Source of the DNA: the human T2T-CHM13v2.0 reference genome, Homo sapiens
Direction: 5' to 3' (one strand)
DNA length: 64,000 bases
Assembly: GCF_009914755.1 (NCBI RefSeq)
Contig: NC_060935.1
The translations under genes were made by a program, and so were the position numbers. Position 1 is the first letter of the stretch. Each line of letters begins with the position of its first letter. Shown here in pieces: positions 25,693-39,138 of the stretch. The notes under the pieces were generated by a model that made no database searches, was not told where the DNA came from, and was given only the letters and a program-made list of their open reading frames with translations.

Positions 25693-26150
25693 GTAGTTTT
25701 CTCCCTTTATCCACAGAGGATACATTCCAAGGTCCCCAGTGGATGCCTGAAATTAAGGATAGTACCAAACCCTGTATATACTATGCTTTTTTCTATACAT
25801 ACATATCTATAATAAAGTTTAATTTATAAATTAGGCACAATCAGAGATTAGCAATAATAAATAGAGAAATTATAACAATATACAGTCAGACATCTGTATC
25901 ATGGGGGATTGATTCCAGGACCCCCTGCAGGTATCCAAATCCAAGAATCTTCAACTCCCTCATATAAGGTGGCATAGTACAGTCTCTAATTGTGGATTTC
26001 TATCTGCAGTTGGTTGAATTCATAGATGCAAAACCTGTATGTCCAAAGGGCTGACTGTACTATAATAAAAGTTATGTGACTATCATCTCTCTCCCAAAAT
26101 ATCTTATTGTGCTGTATTCACATGAAAATGAAATTGTGGAAAGTGAAAGT
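25693..26150. mobile_element. MER44A-like (TcMar-Tigger) MITE
   Basis: 'ttccaaggtccccagtggatgcctgaaa...taaagtttaatttataaattaggcaca...aaaagttatgtga'. Confidence 0.75.
25883..26057. mobile_element. MER2-like MITE nested in the MER44A-like element
   Basis: Terminal inverted repeats cagtcag.../...ctgactg flanked by a TA duplication (25881-25882 / 26058-26059). Confidence 0.8.
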
Positions 26151-26799
26151 GCTATATTTGGCAAGAAAAAGGAATGAAGTACTAACACATACTACAACCT
26201 AGATAAACCTTGAAAACACGCTAAGTGAAAGAAGCCAGCCACAAAAAAACACATGTTGTATGATTTCATTTATACAATAACATTTCCAGAATAGACAAAT
26301 CCACAGGTGCAGAAAAGAGATTTGTGGTTGCCTAGACCTGGCCAAAGCAGGGATGGGAATAAGGTGGTGCAGGGGTGGAGGCATTAGGTTAGGAAGAAAT
26401 CTGGGGTGACTGTTAATGGGTATGGGTTCTTTTGGGGTGAATAATGAAAATTTTCTAAAACGGATTCTGGTGATGGTTTCTCGACTCTGCAAATAGTAAA
26501 AAGCACTGAATTGTACACTTTAAATGACTGTATGTATATGTCAATTATGTCTAAATAAAGCTGCTATTTTTAGAAAGTGATGGTTACATATTTAAAAAGA
26601 AAAAATGAAGAAAAAGCAACTATAATCCTTCCAAGTAAAAGCATCTGGAATTATTATTTTTTATTCATTCAACAAATCTTGAGCCCCTACTATGGCCTGG
26701 GCACCTATCTCTGGGAGCTGTGACTAGAAGTTTCTAGTCTGGTTGGGGAGATACAATGTGGGCACAGAACCATGCTTCATGGTAGAAGAAGCCAAGGGA

Positions 26800-27400
26800 A
26801 TTGAAACAGTAGGATACCATTTCATACCCACTAGACTGGCAAAAACTAACTTCTGATATTACCACAATGGCAAAAATGCAGAGCCATAGATAGGCTGATA
26901 TACTGCTTGAGGGAGAATAAATAGGTATAGTTTGGAAGGAAATTTGGCAGTGTTTAGTAGAGCTGCAGATGCGCCTGCCCTGTGTCCTAGCCATCCTATG
27001 CGCTCCTAGGGTATAGTGGGGAGAGTCTTACACATGTGCACAAGAGGATATCAGCAAAAACCTTCACGGCAACACGGCTCGTGCTGGATGACTGGAAACA
27101 AACAACCAAGTCCAGCAACAAGTGAAAGGATAAATGAGCTCTATTACAGTCACACAACGGGTTATACACAGTGGTAAGTTCCAACAAAACCCAATATATA
27201 TCAAGTTTGAAGATATACCAAACGATAGCATCTATTGTTTGTGGATACTGTACATACATATGTAGTAAAAGTACAGAATTGTGTGGGAATGAGCAATACT
27301 AAATTCCAGATACTTGTTGCCTCTTAGGAAGGAGAGGAATGAGATTGGGGGGCACACCGTTATCTTCAGTTGTACCTATTATGTTTCTTTTAAAGTTACT
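26800..27400 (+). mobile_element. Old L1ME-type 3' fragment
   Basis: 'gataccatttcatacccactagactggcaaaa...tttggaaggaaatttggcagt'. Confidence 0.65.
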
Positions 27401-27414
27401 TGCAATATCTTTCT

Positions 27415-28022
27415 TTTTTTAAATTGATATTTGTATTGAGATAATTAAGGGTTCACATGCAGTTTTAAGAAACAAGAGAGAGGTCCCTTTTACACTCTGC
27501 CCAGCTTCCCCAATGGTAACATTTTGCAAAAGTATAAAATACTGTCATAGCCAAGATATGGATATAGATACAGTCTACCAATCATATTCAAATGTCCCAT
27601 TTTACTGGTACTCATGTGTGTATGGGTTAAGTTCTATACAATTTTACCACTCGCATAGGTTTGTGTGTCCATCACCACAGTCGAGATACAGAACGTCTCC
27701 ACAGGCAAGGATCCTCATGTGTCCTTTTATCTCCATACCCGCATCCCTTCCACCCCCAGCCCAGGTCCTCAACTCCATCAGCCACTCACCTCATTTCTAA
27801 AATTTTGTCATTTCAAAAATCAATGAAATCAGACAGTAGTTAAGTTTCTGAGATAGTTTTATTCTCACTCAGTGTAATTCCCTGGAGATTCATCCAAATT
27901 GTTATACATAAGACAGTTCATTCCTTGTTAGTGCTGAGTAGCATTCCATAGCATGAATGGACCACAGTTCACTGTTCACCTGTTGAAGGACATCTAGGCT
28001 AATTCCAGTTTTGGCTATTATA
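27415..28022 (-). mobile_element. L1MD/L1MC-type 3' UTR fragment
   Basis: 'ttccccaatggtaacattttgcaaaa...ggagattcatccaaattgtt...gttgaaggacatctagg'. Confidence 0.75.
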
Positions 28023-28775
28023 ATAACTAGAATGTTTTAATTCTTGGACTGGGTGGTAGGTATACAGATTTTCACTGTATTCTTTATTCTACTTTTTGAT
28101 ACAAGGAACACTTTATAATTGAAATGAAGGAAGAGAGAAAGGAGGCACTACTAATGTTGAACCAACTCCATGCAGCCACCGTGCTGAGAAGAGGGTAGCT
28201 CAGAGTACAGAACTCAGAGTGAATGCTAAGGCCAAGGCCATGGGCCACTGGCAGGTCTGGTGTTCAGGAACAAGGCCAGGGTGCCCACTTGCTTCAAGTT
28301 TCTAGGCCTTATAGGGAGCAATGAAGCCTGTCCAAGTCCTTTAGCCTCTGGGCAAGTGCTTAGGGAACCTCCCCTATGGTAGAGCTCTTTCCCATGCCTG
28401 GGTATCTGGGTGTGCTGCCCTGAAGTGGGAAAATCAAAAAGAAGGCAGAAGAAAAGAGCTCCCAGTCAGGACATCTAGAAATGCCCCTATGTTCCCAGAG
28501 AAGGCAGAAGAAAAAGCCAAGGGGACAGAATGAAATCTGGCATCTCCTGAAGGCCTTGAGAGAGATCTAGAATTGCAGGAAAGTGGCTGCCTGAACAGTG
28601 CTGGAACAGAGACTGCCTATTGGAAGGAACTGAGAGCTTTCTTCTAATTTGAGGTCAAAGCTATGTGGGGCTTTTGTTGCCAGTGGTAGATAATGAGGCC
28701 CTCCCTGATTCTCTGTGACACTCAGGTGCAGGGGACACAGGTGTAGCCCTGGCTTCCCATGTACTTCTTACACTC

Positions 28776-29112
28776 TGATATGGTTTGGCTGTGTCCCCAC
28801 CCAAATGTCAACTTGAATTGTATCTCCCAGAATTCCCACATGTTGTGGGAGGGACCCAGGGGGAAGTAAATGAATCCTGGGGGCTGGTCTTTCCCATGCT
28901 ATTCTCATGAATAAGTCTCATGAGATCTGATGGGTTTATCAGGGATTTCCACTTTTGCTTCTTCCTCATTTTCTCTTGCCACTGCCATGTTAGAAGTACC
29001 TTCCACCTCCGGCCATGATTCTGAGGCCTCCCCAGCTATGTGGAACAATTAAATCTCTTCTTGTTTCCAGTTTCAGGTGTCTTTATCAGCAGCGTGAAAA
29101 TGGACTAATACA
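28776..29112 (+). mobile_element. THE1A solo LTR
   Basis: tgatatggtttggctgtgtcccc...ggactaataca; 5-bp TSD cactc/cgctc. Confidence 0.95.
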
Positions 29113-29569
29113 CGCTCCTCACCATGTAGCTTTAACCTTCTTTGCCTAAATCCCTGCAAACACCAATTATGAATTTCTTAGTCCTGGGCAGGACTAAGAA
29201 TGGGACAGTGACAAATTCATGATATAAACATTTACTGGGGGCCTTCGTGGTGCTCAGACATCTCCCTGACCTCAAGAGCTCCCAGTCAGGACATCTAGAA
29301 ATGCCCCCATGTGCCCAGAGAATGGTGACATATGCTGGGAAGGCCACAGAGACTATCGGCTGTGGGACAGGGGCAGAAGCAAGGCAATGAGCCTGTGGGG
29401 TCGGGGCAGGCTGCCTGCAAGTTCACCTCCAGGGGGACCTGGGAGAATGAGCAGGAGTTTGCCAGGCTCAAGGTATCCAAAGGGCTGCACATACTGAGAG
29501 AAGAGCTTTGTAAAGGTGCAAAGGCCAGGAAGCACTGCTATGAAAGCTACAACTACTGCTGCTGTTGCC

Positions 29570-29815
29570 AAGAATAATAATATCCCAACTAACACGGAGT
29601 GAGAGTGTTAACCATGTGCCAGGTGGTGTCCCAAGTGCTTTATGTGTATTATCTTATTTGACCCTAACAACAACATTATTTTGTTATTACTACTATATCA
29701 ATTATACACATAAAGTTCCAGAAGCACAGTGTGGCTAGGTAACTTGCTTTAGGAGATGGACACACTTTGGAAGTAGAAAAGCCCAGATTTGAAACCAGAG
29801 CCTGAGCTCCCTGCC
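29570..29815 (-). mobile_element. MIR SINE
   Basis: 'accatgtgccagg...aagtgctttatgtgtattatcttattt...cccagatttgaaaccag'. Confidence 0.7.
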
Positions 29816-29853
29816 ATCTGTGATAAACTCTTGGGAAAAGGGATAATACAGGT

Positions 29854-30161
29854 GGCGGGGTGTGGTGGCTCACACCTGTAATCCCAGCACTTTGGGAGGC
29901 CGAGGCAGGTGGATTGCTTGAGCTCAGGAGGTTGAGACCAGCCTGAGTAACATGGTGAAACCCCGTCTCTACAGAAAAATACAAAAATTAGCCAGGTATG
30001 GTGGCATGCACCTGTAGTCCCAGCTACTCAGGAGGCTGAGGTAGGAGGATCGCTTGAGCCCAGGAAGCAGAGGTTGCAGTGAACAGAGATTGTGTCACTG
30101 TACTCCAGCCTGGATGACAGAGCCAGACTCTGTCTCAAAAAAAAAAAAAAAAAAAAAAAAA
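29854..30161 (+). mobile_element. AluJb
   Basis: Dimeric Alu with 'ggattgcttgagctcaggag' and 'ggatcgcttgagcccagg'; long A tail. Confidence 0.93.
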
Positions 30162-30654
30162 GTGGGGGATAATTTAGGGCCTCCTATGATACAGTGTAAA
30201 GTCTGGGCTTCCTCTGGAGAGCAACGGGAAGCCACTGAAAATCACTAACTAGAGAGAGTCACAAGCCCACCTCTGACAGGAATGCTATTCCAGAGCCTGC
30301 TCTCTGTCACTGTACCATATGGCCTTCTAACATGCTTGCCTCTTAACATCCTGGAATTCTTGCTCTAGAATTCCTAGAGCAGGAGTCTCTATCAGGAGTC
30401 TCTCAGAGCACGGGTCATCGGCATCTCAATGGCCAGCAGAGGCTAACAGCAACCAGAATACCCATTCCAGTGGGGCAGACAGAACACCATGAAATTAATG
30501 ATCAATTGCTACATAGTATTAAGCACATCTATGAGTAAGGCCTTTGCCTATTTTAGAAAAGTGCTATTTATGACAGAGCAACAAACAGTGACAGATTGCT
30601 GAGGCTTGCCTTCTGAAGACCCAATTTTGGAGAATTATTCATCTTGAAAGTACT

Positions 30655-31040
30655 TCTCTCCACCCTGGTTTCCTCATGTGTAAAATGGGGGTGATAAGAA
30701 TACCTACTATCACTGGGTTGTTGTAAAGATTAAATGAGCTAATACTACTCAGGCAGATACTGACCATGCTACAGATGGTAGTTCTTGATGTTGTTCTTGT
30801 GATTATTTTCAACCCAGTGGGAAGAAGCTCGGCTTCATAGCAGATGACCTTGATCCAATTCCAGACTCCCTTACTTCCTAGCTGTGTGACTTAAAGTCAT
30901 TGACCCTCTCTGAGGCTCTGTGGCCCCATCTGTGTATCAGAAATAACAACGCTTACCTCACTGGGTAGTTGAGAGTGTTAAATGGACTGTGAAATGCCTA
31001 GCACGGTGGCTGACATCTAATAGGCGCTCAACAAATGTCT
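30655..31040 (+). mobile_element. Two tandem MIR fragments
   Basis: 'tttcctcatgtgtaaaatggggg' and 'ctagctgtgtgactt...catctgtgtatcagaaataac'. Confidence 0.7.
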
Positions 31041-33667
31041 GTTCTCACCCCTGGAGTGTTTTCTGCATACTTGGCTTTTCCACTATGGCCAGAATCCAAA
31101 GAGGCAAAGGTTTATGTGCTTCTCATTGCTCCTTTCTACCAGGGGAATTTTCACAAAGGCAATGGGAGGTGGAAGACCCATTTCCCAGCGGGTAAGTCAA
31201 GGCAGTACAGCGACAGAGGTCCACAGCCTTGCAAACAACCCTCGGGCCACTACCTCAGTGGCTTTGGATAAACTGACCACCGAGGTGTGCAGCCGCAGGT
31301 GCAATTAGCAACAGGAAGCGAGCCCAATGTTTGGGAGGATTTGGTAATTGAATCCACCAAGGATAATGACACTGACCTTCCCATTTGGAAATAAACTAGC
31401 ATTTGGCTTGTAAATGGCTCTGCAATCATTCTGACTGCACACCCAGCACTGTGCAGCTTCCCTACTCCGAGGATGCAGGATAGGTAAAGAAGGATTGCAT
31501 CAAAGGGGTTTTGGAAGAGCAGCAACATCCACAGCAGTGGCTGAGTTCACTCTGCTAACCCCAACCCGGCCGGCCTTGGGAAAGGGCAGAATTCCACACT
31601 TAGCTTCTGTGGCTGTCTGCTGCTCCTTCCCAAAGCATGGGAGCCCTGGGCCAGAAGGCGTTCCCTCACAGTATTCCTTTTTTAAGCAAATCGGGAACTC
31701 CTGGGTTCCCAGCACAATCTGTGGCACCTTTTAAATTTCATCTTAGGTTCACTGCTCCTTCTTCTTCCCTAAGCCTATTCATGTGTTCAGTTAGTCCACC
31801 AGGAATAGTAATGAAGCTAACACTGGGTGCTGGAAGACAATGGTGGTATGGGGAGGCCGCGGGCATCCTGAGTGCTCTGAGTAGAGACTGGAGGTGCAAT
31901 CACAGGGAAGCAGAAGAAGCCTAGGAAGATAGACATGGTCTGGAAAGAAAGAGCTGAAACCGGCATGAGGTTACCAGTGGCCACTGCAGCACTGCTAAGG
32001 ACCGCTCCAACCTCACCAGTCAGTGCATGGCACCCTGCCAGAACCAGCCTCAGCATTTCTCCCTGTGTGGGGAAAGTATGGTATTTCCAAAGGACAAGAC
32101 AGGCAGGCCTGGCTTCAAACTCCAGCTTTACCAGGTATCAGCTATATGTCCTTCTCTGCATTGCAGTTTGATTACTGGAAATGGGGACATTTCTATCTCT
32201 TAGAGCCAAAAATATATAGGTTTTTATAGTGAAGATAAAACATACAATATGCCTAGCATAGATACCAAGCCATAGTAAGAGTTCAGTAAATGTTTATTTA
32301 TCCTTACTTAACAGACATAATTGGCACCATATGGGACAATATACTCTTAGCCTCATAAGGTTTGTCTGCTTTACTCAATATTTACATAGGAAGTACGGTG
32401 TCCTCTTTAGGATTATTTCTTCAGTCTGACCCTGAGAAAAAATGCACTGTCCTAACTCCTTTGACTTCCCAGTTCTCATCGCCAGCCAGGATGAACAGGG
32501 CCTGACCATGTAATAATCTCTGTCACCAGTACCTGTATTTAATAGCAACATGGGGTTCACATCTTAATCGTCATGTCTTCCATGAAAAGCAAGCAACACG
32601 AAAGCAGGGATTATGGATTGTCTGCTGTGTGCATGGGAACTGTCATGATAGACTCCAATTGGGTGGACCAAAGGAGCATATTGGTGTCCCTGTTCAATTT
32701 TCCAAGAACTGAAAAATATGTCTGGAAAGATACAACAGAAACACATCTTTAAAAGAGCAGCAGTACATAGCAGTAAACACTGAAGGCCAAGCAAACAGTG
32801 CCAAGCAAGCGTGGAGTCGTGGGAAAAGCGGTCATGGGCCTTGAAAGAGGCTGATGGGAGTCTGCAGTTTGAATCCCAGCTCTGGCTTTTACTAGCAAGG
32901 TAACCTGGGGAGCCCGGAGGGGAGGAAAATCTGCTTATCCATCTGAAAATGGGGAAAACACCGCCAACTGCTGCGATGATGACAGGAAGAATGCCTGGCA
33001 CATAGTGAGTGCTCATTTTGCTGCTGGTTTCTTTCCTCCTCCTTTTTCTCATTTCCCCCTCTCTTCTAGATAACGGGCATTACTTTATTTGCTAATGAAT
33101 TAGAATTAGTAGTGGATGACTTTTATCTGCCTATTGGTGACCATAGCCCTCTGTATACATACATTTGTACACCATCAAGAAGTTGCTTATAAAAATACTT
33201 TCAATGGCTTCTTACTTTTTAAACAACAATCACAAAAAGCCCCACCTCCTTGGCCTGGCATCCAAACCTTTCCCCGGTAGGCACCGACCCCAACCTGGAA
33301 CCACACCTGCAACCACTCTTCTGCTTAAATGCTCACCCACCAGGGTTCTGGGTGAGGTGGGGAGTGCAGTTCAGCCTTGGGTTTGGAAAGATGGTAAGAA
33401 AGGCAATCTGAAGGCAGTTACACCAACTTGACCTTAAAGCACCAAGAAGATTCTGCTAAACAGACTAAGTTGGGAAAAGCATTCTAGGCCAAGAGAATAC
33501 CATGTGCAAAGGCCTAAGGTCTCCCTACAGCAGTGAGGCGTCATTCCAGGAGAACTCCTGTCCCCTCTGTACTGAGACTGTTCCCACTTCCCGTCTTCTC
33601 TTTACTAGATTCACGGTTGACTTCCTCCTCACTCCCCGCTGGACTCGGGAGTATCTCACCTTTTATA

Positions 33668-34138
33668 CCCACAGTTTTCAAAGTGTGCGCCAGGGATCCC
33701 TGAGGGTCCCTAAAACCTTTCAGGAAGTCTGTGAGGTCAAAACTATTTATAACAATGCTACAACATCATTTTCCCTTTTCATTCTGGCTTTCTTATGAAC
33801 TCACGGTGGAGTTTTCGAGGTTGAATGCAGAAGCAGATACCTCTATATAGCCAAACGTTGAAGGGATTTGCCAAAATGTAAAACAATGCCACTCCATTCA
33901 TTTCTGTTTCTTTTGGAAAAGTCATTATTCATAAAAATATGTTATTTATGTTAAAGTAAGGGTTTATTATTGTTAATTTAAATAAGTGATAAATGACAAT
34001 TTTAACATCTTTCAGTATTAATTAATAATATGTCAAATTTTGACAGATATAATCCACATAAATGAAAACCCTTTGGGGTCTTCAATAACGTTGAAGAGTA
34101 AAACAGAATGCTGAAATGAGAGAGTTTGAGCACAGGTG
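33668..34138. mobile_element. Charlie1b-like hAT transposon derivative
   Basis: 'gtgaggtcaaaactattt...tgaatgcagaagcagata...aaaatgtaaaacaatgccactc...ctttggggtcttcaataa'. Confidence 0.75.
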
Positions 34139-36265
34139 CTTTAGGGCATGCTGTGAAGAAGGCAGGAAGGCAGGGGAGGACAAGGTATATTAGTGTTCTT
34201 GGGCAGCCTCCTCAGGCAGCAATTTCTGCCCATGACTGGGATCCATTTTGAGTTAATTTTTGTATATGGTGTGAGGAAAGAGTCCAACTTTATGTTTTTG
34301 CATGTGGACATTTAGTGCCCCAGCACCGTTTCCTAAACAGACGACTCAGTCTCTCTGTGCCTTGGTAGCCATAACTCTAATGTGAACTTTAAAAGACCAC
34401 CTTGCAAGGTCTTGTGACATTTAATGAGACAGAGAGAGAAAAACATGATGTGGGTTCCCTGGCATGTAGCAGATGGTCAATGCTTATAACTGAAAAAATG
34501 GACCATGGATCTGAAAGTGCTCTGAGGCACGGGCCATCATGATTACCACATGACCAGAGCTGTTCCATCCTTAAAGGTCTTTAGCACCCATTTTCTTGTC
34601 ACCAAGGCCTGTGCCATCCTCAAGACACTGATTTGCAACCCCTTTCCAGGAACCCCTGTTTCTGAGTGGTCCTGAGAATCTCTTTTTCTTCTCCTCTTCC
34701 CTTTTTTGTCCCCTACTTTCTACCCTAAGCTTTTTATTAAATGTTCTTGGACTTAATTGCTTAATTTTAAATTGTTAACCTACTCAAATCCTTTTTGGAA
34801 AGGGGGTGGGAAGGCATGACTGAATGAATGAGTCAGTCAGCTAAAAGACCCCTAATTTGAAGACTGAAAAGTGAAGGGCCTGCAGCTACGGTGACTCACA
34901 GGGGTCATCCCACTGCAGGTGTGAGAGGTGAGGCCGTGTGAAGCTAACTCCAGGGCTCTCCACAGTCCCCATTTCCTCCTCCTACCCTGGAAACATCCTT
35001 TTAAATCACGTCTCCCTCCTCCACAGTGTTTGCAACACCTCCCGATTTAGTTTTCTCTCTGAATTTCATTAGTGTCCCATTTACCTCCTCCCCCTGATCT
35101 CCCAGCCGTTAAGCAGGAGGAGGCTAAGTTGGCAACAAGTCTCCGCCTCCTGACCGAGGGAGACGGGAACTCACAGAGGAGGAAAGGGGCCTCTGGGCTG
35201 CAATGCCAGATGCTGTTCTGGTCCACTGGGCTCGAGACAACAGACAGTAACTGGGTCCTATCTGTGTGTCAGGCACTGAGGGCTCAATGAGGAGCTATTC
35301 TTGCCTCCAGGAAATCCCCAGGCTCATGGGGATGAATGGATAATGTCTGTGCCATGTGGTGAAGGGACCTCACCCTCCTGGGCAGGCAGAGTGAGTGCAT
35401 GAAAAGTGAGCTAGTGGTGGGAGGAGAAAGGCAGTGGGGACATTCCAGGAGGAAGGAACAGTGTATGTGGAGGCTGGATGGCTTGAATAGTAGCATGTAA
35501 GCAAGTCACAATATGGAACCTGTTCAATGATTTGTTCTTATGCTCCCATTTTGAATCTTTACAAAGTGCCTGCCATGTGCCAGGCATCTTTCCTGGCAGA
35601 AGAACACTGCAGGGGCCAACAAAGTAGGTCCCTGCCCTTGTGGAGCTTGTGTTCTAATAGAAGAAGACAGAAAATAGGCAATTAAACTTGTCTAGTAATA
35701 TACACACCAGGTAGAGACAGATGCTACGGAGAAAGGTTTAAGCAGAAGAGGGGCCCAGAAAGAACTGGCCTGGGAGGACTGCTCCATCCTGCTAGACTCA
35801 GATTCTTGCAGCCTAGTATTTTTGCAAAACGTCTTTCCTCCTCCGATTTAGATGAGTTTGATGGGACCAACTACGTGGAAGGCCCCCATGTGGGGATGAG
35901 CAGCCGAGTCTCTTGGGCTGGGCGTTGGGGAACCAGGGAGAGAAAGCCCCCGGTGAGAGAGGGGTTGAAGAGGAGGAAGAGGAGACCACACTTCAGATTT
36001 AGATGGGGTGGAGGTCTAGATTCAATGACTTTTAAATTTTAACTTTCATGTCACTATTACAAGTGAGTATGGTGAGGTTGAAGAGTTCAGCTTTTATCTT
36101 ACTATGCTGAGTGAGCATTGGTTTTCTTACCTTAAAAAATGGGGTCATAAGAATACCTTATGGGGTTGTGGGAGTCAAATGAGATGCATCATTCAACTAC
36201 TTGGCACAGTGCCTCAGTAAATGTGACCCCACTTTACCTGTCCTTCTAAAGAAAGCAAAAAATAA

Positions 36266-36585
<320 letters not shown>

Positions 36586-36888
36586 TAATGGAGCTCCTCA
36601 GAGAACCTATGTCTCTACTGCACAGCATTGATCTCAGTTTGTAGTTATATACTTGTCAGGGTGAGGGAAAAGCCTACCTTTGTTTTTATTCCTTGTGATA
36701 TCCCCAGAGCTTAACATAGTGCTGCACTCATGGTAAATCTTCCATATGTCTTTGTCGAATAACTAAATAAATGATTAATCAGAAGTTATGTAAGGTCCAG
36801 ACTCCAGCACTTTTTATTTGGAAGACCTTTGACAAGACAATTTCTCTAAGCCTCAATTCCTTTCCTATAAAATAGAAATCATATCTAC

Positions 36889-37278
36889 TGTGGCAGGGGA
36901 AGTTACTGCTCCTAAAATATCCATGTCTTCCCACACCTCCTGGAATCCCAGAAATCAGGCAGGACCACAGGGCTAGTTCTGGCCAATGGGTGGTGTGTCA
37001 CTTCAGGACCAACACATTTAAGAGTCAATGTTCAACCTTCCAGTGATTTCCTCCTCTGCTACAGAGACCAAAGGGGCCAATCATCCAGGTCGTACCCCTA
37101 AAATATGGGAGAGATTTCATCAGCCTGGTCGCTAAGTCACTAGGTAGAGCAAAGCTTTCTACCAACCTTTGATGGATGCGTAGCATGAGAAAGAAATAAA
37201 CTTCCGCTATGTTAAGCCACTAGGATTCTGGAGTTAATTTATTACTGCAGCATAACTAAGCCTAAAGAGACTCATATT
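36889..37278 (+). mobile_element. MLT1I/J-type MaLR LTR
   Basis: 'ctagttctggccaatgg...gtgtcacttc...agcatgagaaagaaataaactt...ttaagccact...ttactgcagcataac'. Confidence 0.8.
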
Positions 37279-38747
37279 TCTATCTTGAAAGATTGCTGGA
37301 AGGATAAGAAAAAGTGCTTGGTACCTAGTAGGTTCACAGTGGGCTTTCAATAAAGGCCATACTCCCTCTTCCCTGGATCCTTCCTGTGTCCTCAGCCTCC
37401 CTCAATGTAACCAGTTTTCACTTACAATTTCACTCCTCTCTGTACCATGTTCCTCCTCTAGCTTGAAACATCTTCCACTTTTCCCATAGAATCCAGGAGT
37501 TTCCTGCTGTTTTTTTCATTGCTTTTCTGCACAGCAATATGAGGAAACGCTTCTAGAGAGCCATCTTAGGCACTAGACCTGGCCTCCAGACCACCTGCCT
37601 TCTGGACAGCCTTCCACTCACCTCCCCGTATCCTATTCCCCACTGTGCCTCTGATCTCACTCCAGTTCAGCTCAACACATAGCCACCAGACTCTGGGCCC
37701 TGCACCCTGGTCTCCTGTACCCAAGAATGACCTTGATTGGCATTGCTGCCTCTCTGGTCCTAGACCGACATGTGACCTCCTTGCTGCCAGCACCCCCATC
37801 ACATACCTGCTAGATGCCCCATCCTTGCCCACCTTGCCCTCCCACCATGCTGGCTGCCAGCTTGGTTTCCAGCAACCGTTGCCACCTACCAGTCCTACTG
37901 CATCTGTTCCCGGAGAAGGCTACCTTTACTCTGGCCAGAACTCCTCTACTTTCTATGCTGCCAAGTCGTAAAAGCCTCCAACCAAAAAACATGCAAATGT
38001 TCAGAGTCTGAGATTGCATTTCTCATCAAGGCCACAAATTTGCAGCTAATGACAGAAAATCAGAGCAGACAAGGGGACTGACCTGGCTCCATGTCAGCAC
38101 GTTCTGAAGAGTCAGCAATGTCCGTGGGCCCTGCAGCCCTCTCTCCAAGGCCATTGGATCCTGGAGGATGGTGCGGGATCTTTTCTGTTGAAGCAGAGAA
38201 CACAGATCCAACTGAGTGAGGTGGCAAGATGCCCCAATCCTTTCTCACAGACCCTCCGCTCCAGCAGTCATTGCAAACACACACTATGGGAAAATGAGGC
38301 TTGTTCCTGGTCCCACAGCAATGAAGAGAAGAAAGTGGGGTCCTGGCACCCTGCAAATCCCACACAGATGGTTCCTCTATGCAGCCTTCCTGAGAGGCTC
38401 AAATGTACCTTCTTCTGTTCTCCCATCTCATCTTGTGCTATGGGAGTAATGGTCTTGCCTTAAAATAATTGTTTACACACCTTTCCTTGAGTGAACTGAA
38501 GCTTGCAGGACAGGGACTGAAGATCTGCCCTTTATACAACCCAAGCACCCAGCACAGGGCTTGGAGCAAAGTAGGAACTGCGTGTTATTTGCACAAAGGA
38601 TTGACTGCATACTGTGATGGGAGTAGACAAGGAATGCAACATGGGGCTAAGGTCTAGGGTTAGTGGCCAGTGGCCCCCGTTAACAGTTCTGTCACAGATT
38701 CACCAGACAAATAAGTCACTGGCCTTCTCTAAATCTTACTCTCTTGC

Positions 38748-39138
38748 TGCTATGGTCTGAGTGTGTTCCTCAAAAGTGTTGGAACCTAAATTCCTCAATG
38801 TGGTAGTGTTGGGAGGTAGGGATTAATGGAGGTGCCTGGATTGTGATGGCTCTGCCTTGATGAATGGATTAATGCATTCTCATAGCAGTGAGTGAGTTAT
38901 CTCAATCATGGGTTGTTATAAAGCAAGGCTGGCCCCTCATGCTTGTCTCTTTCACATGTGTTCACTTGCCCTTCCGCCTTTTCCCCTGGGATGAAGCAGC
39001 AGGAGGCCTTTACCAGATGCCAGCACCATGCTCTTGGATTTCTCAGCCTCCAGAACTGTGAGCTAAATAAATTTCTTTTCTTTATAAACTACCCAGTCTG
39101 AGGCATTCTGTTACAGTAGCAGAAAATGGACTAAGGCA
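38748..39138 (+). mobile_element. MST-family (MSTB/C/D) MaLR solo LTR
   Basis: tgctatggtctga...cagcctccagaactgtgag...aaaatggactaaggca; TSD cttgc/cttga. Confidence 0.88.

Larger units (their letters stand above)
25385..26575 (+). mobile_element. L1MB (L1MB7/8-like) 3' fragment with nested Tigger-family MITEs
   Basis: 'gatgtggagaaactggaacccttatacactgctggtgg' and 3' end 'cactgaattgtacactttaaa...aataaagctg'. Confidence 0.85.

Noticed and set aside
32564-33052. 162-aa minus-strand ORF
   Set aside because: Begins in a MIR; random-like composition; no recognisable domain
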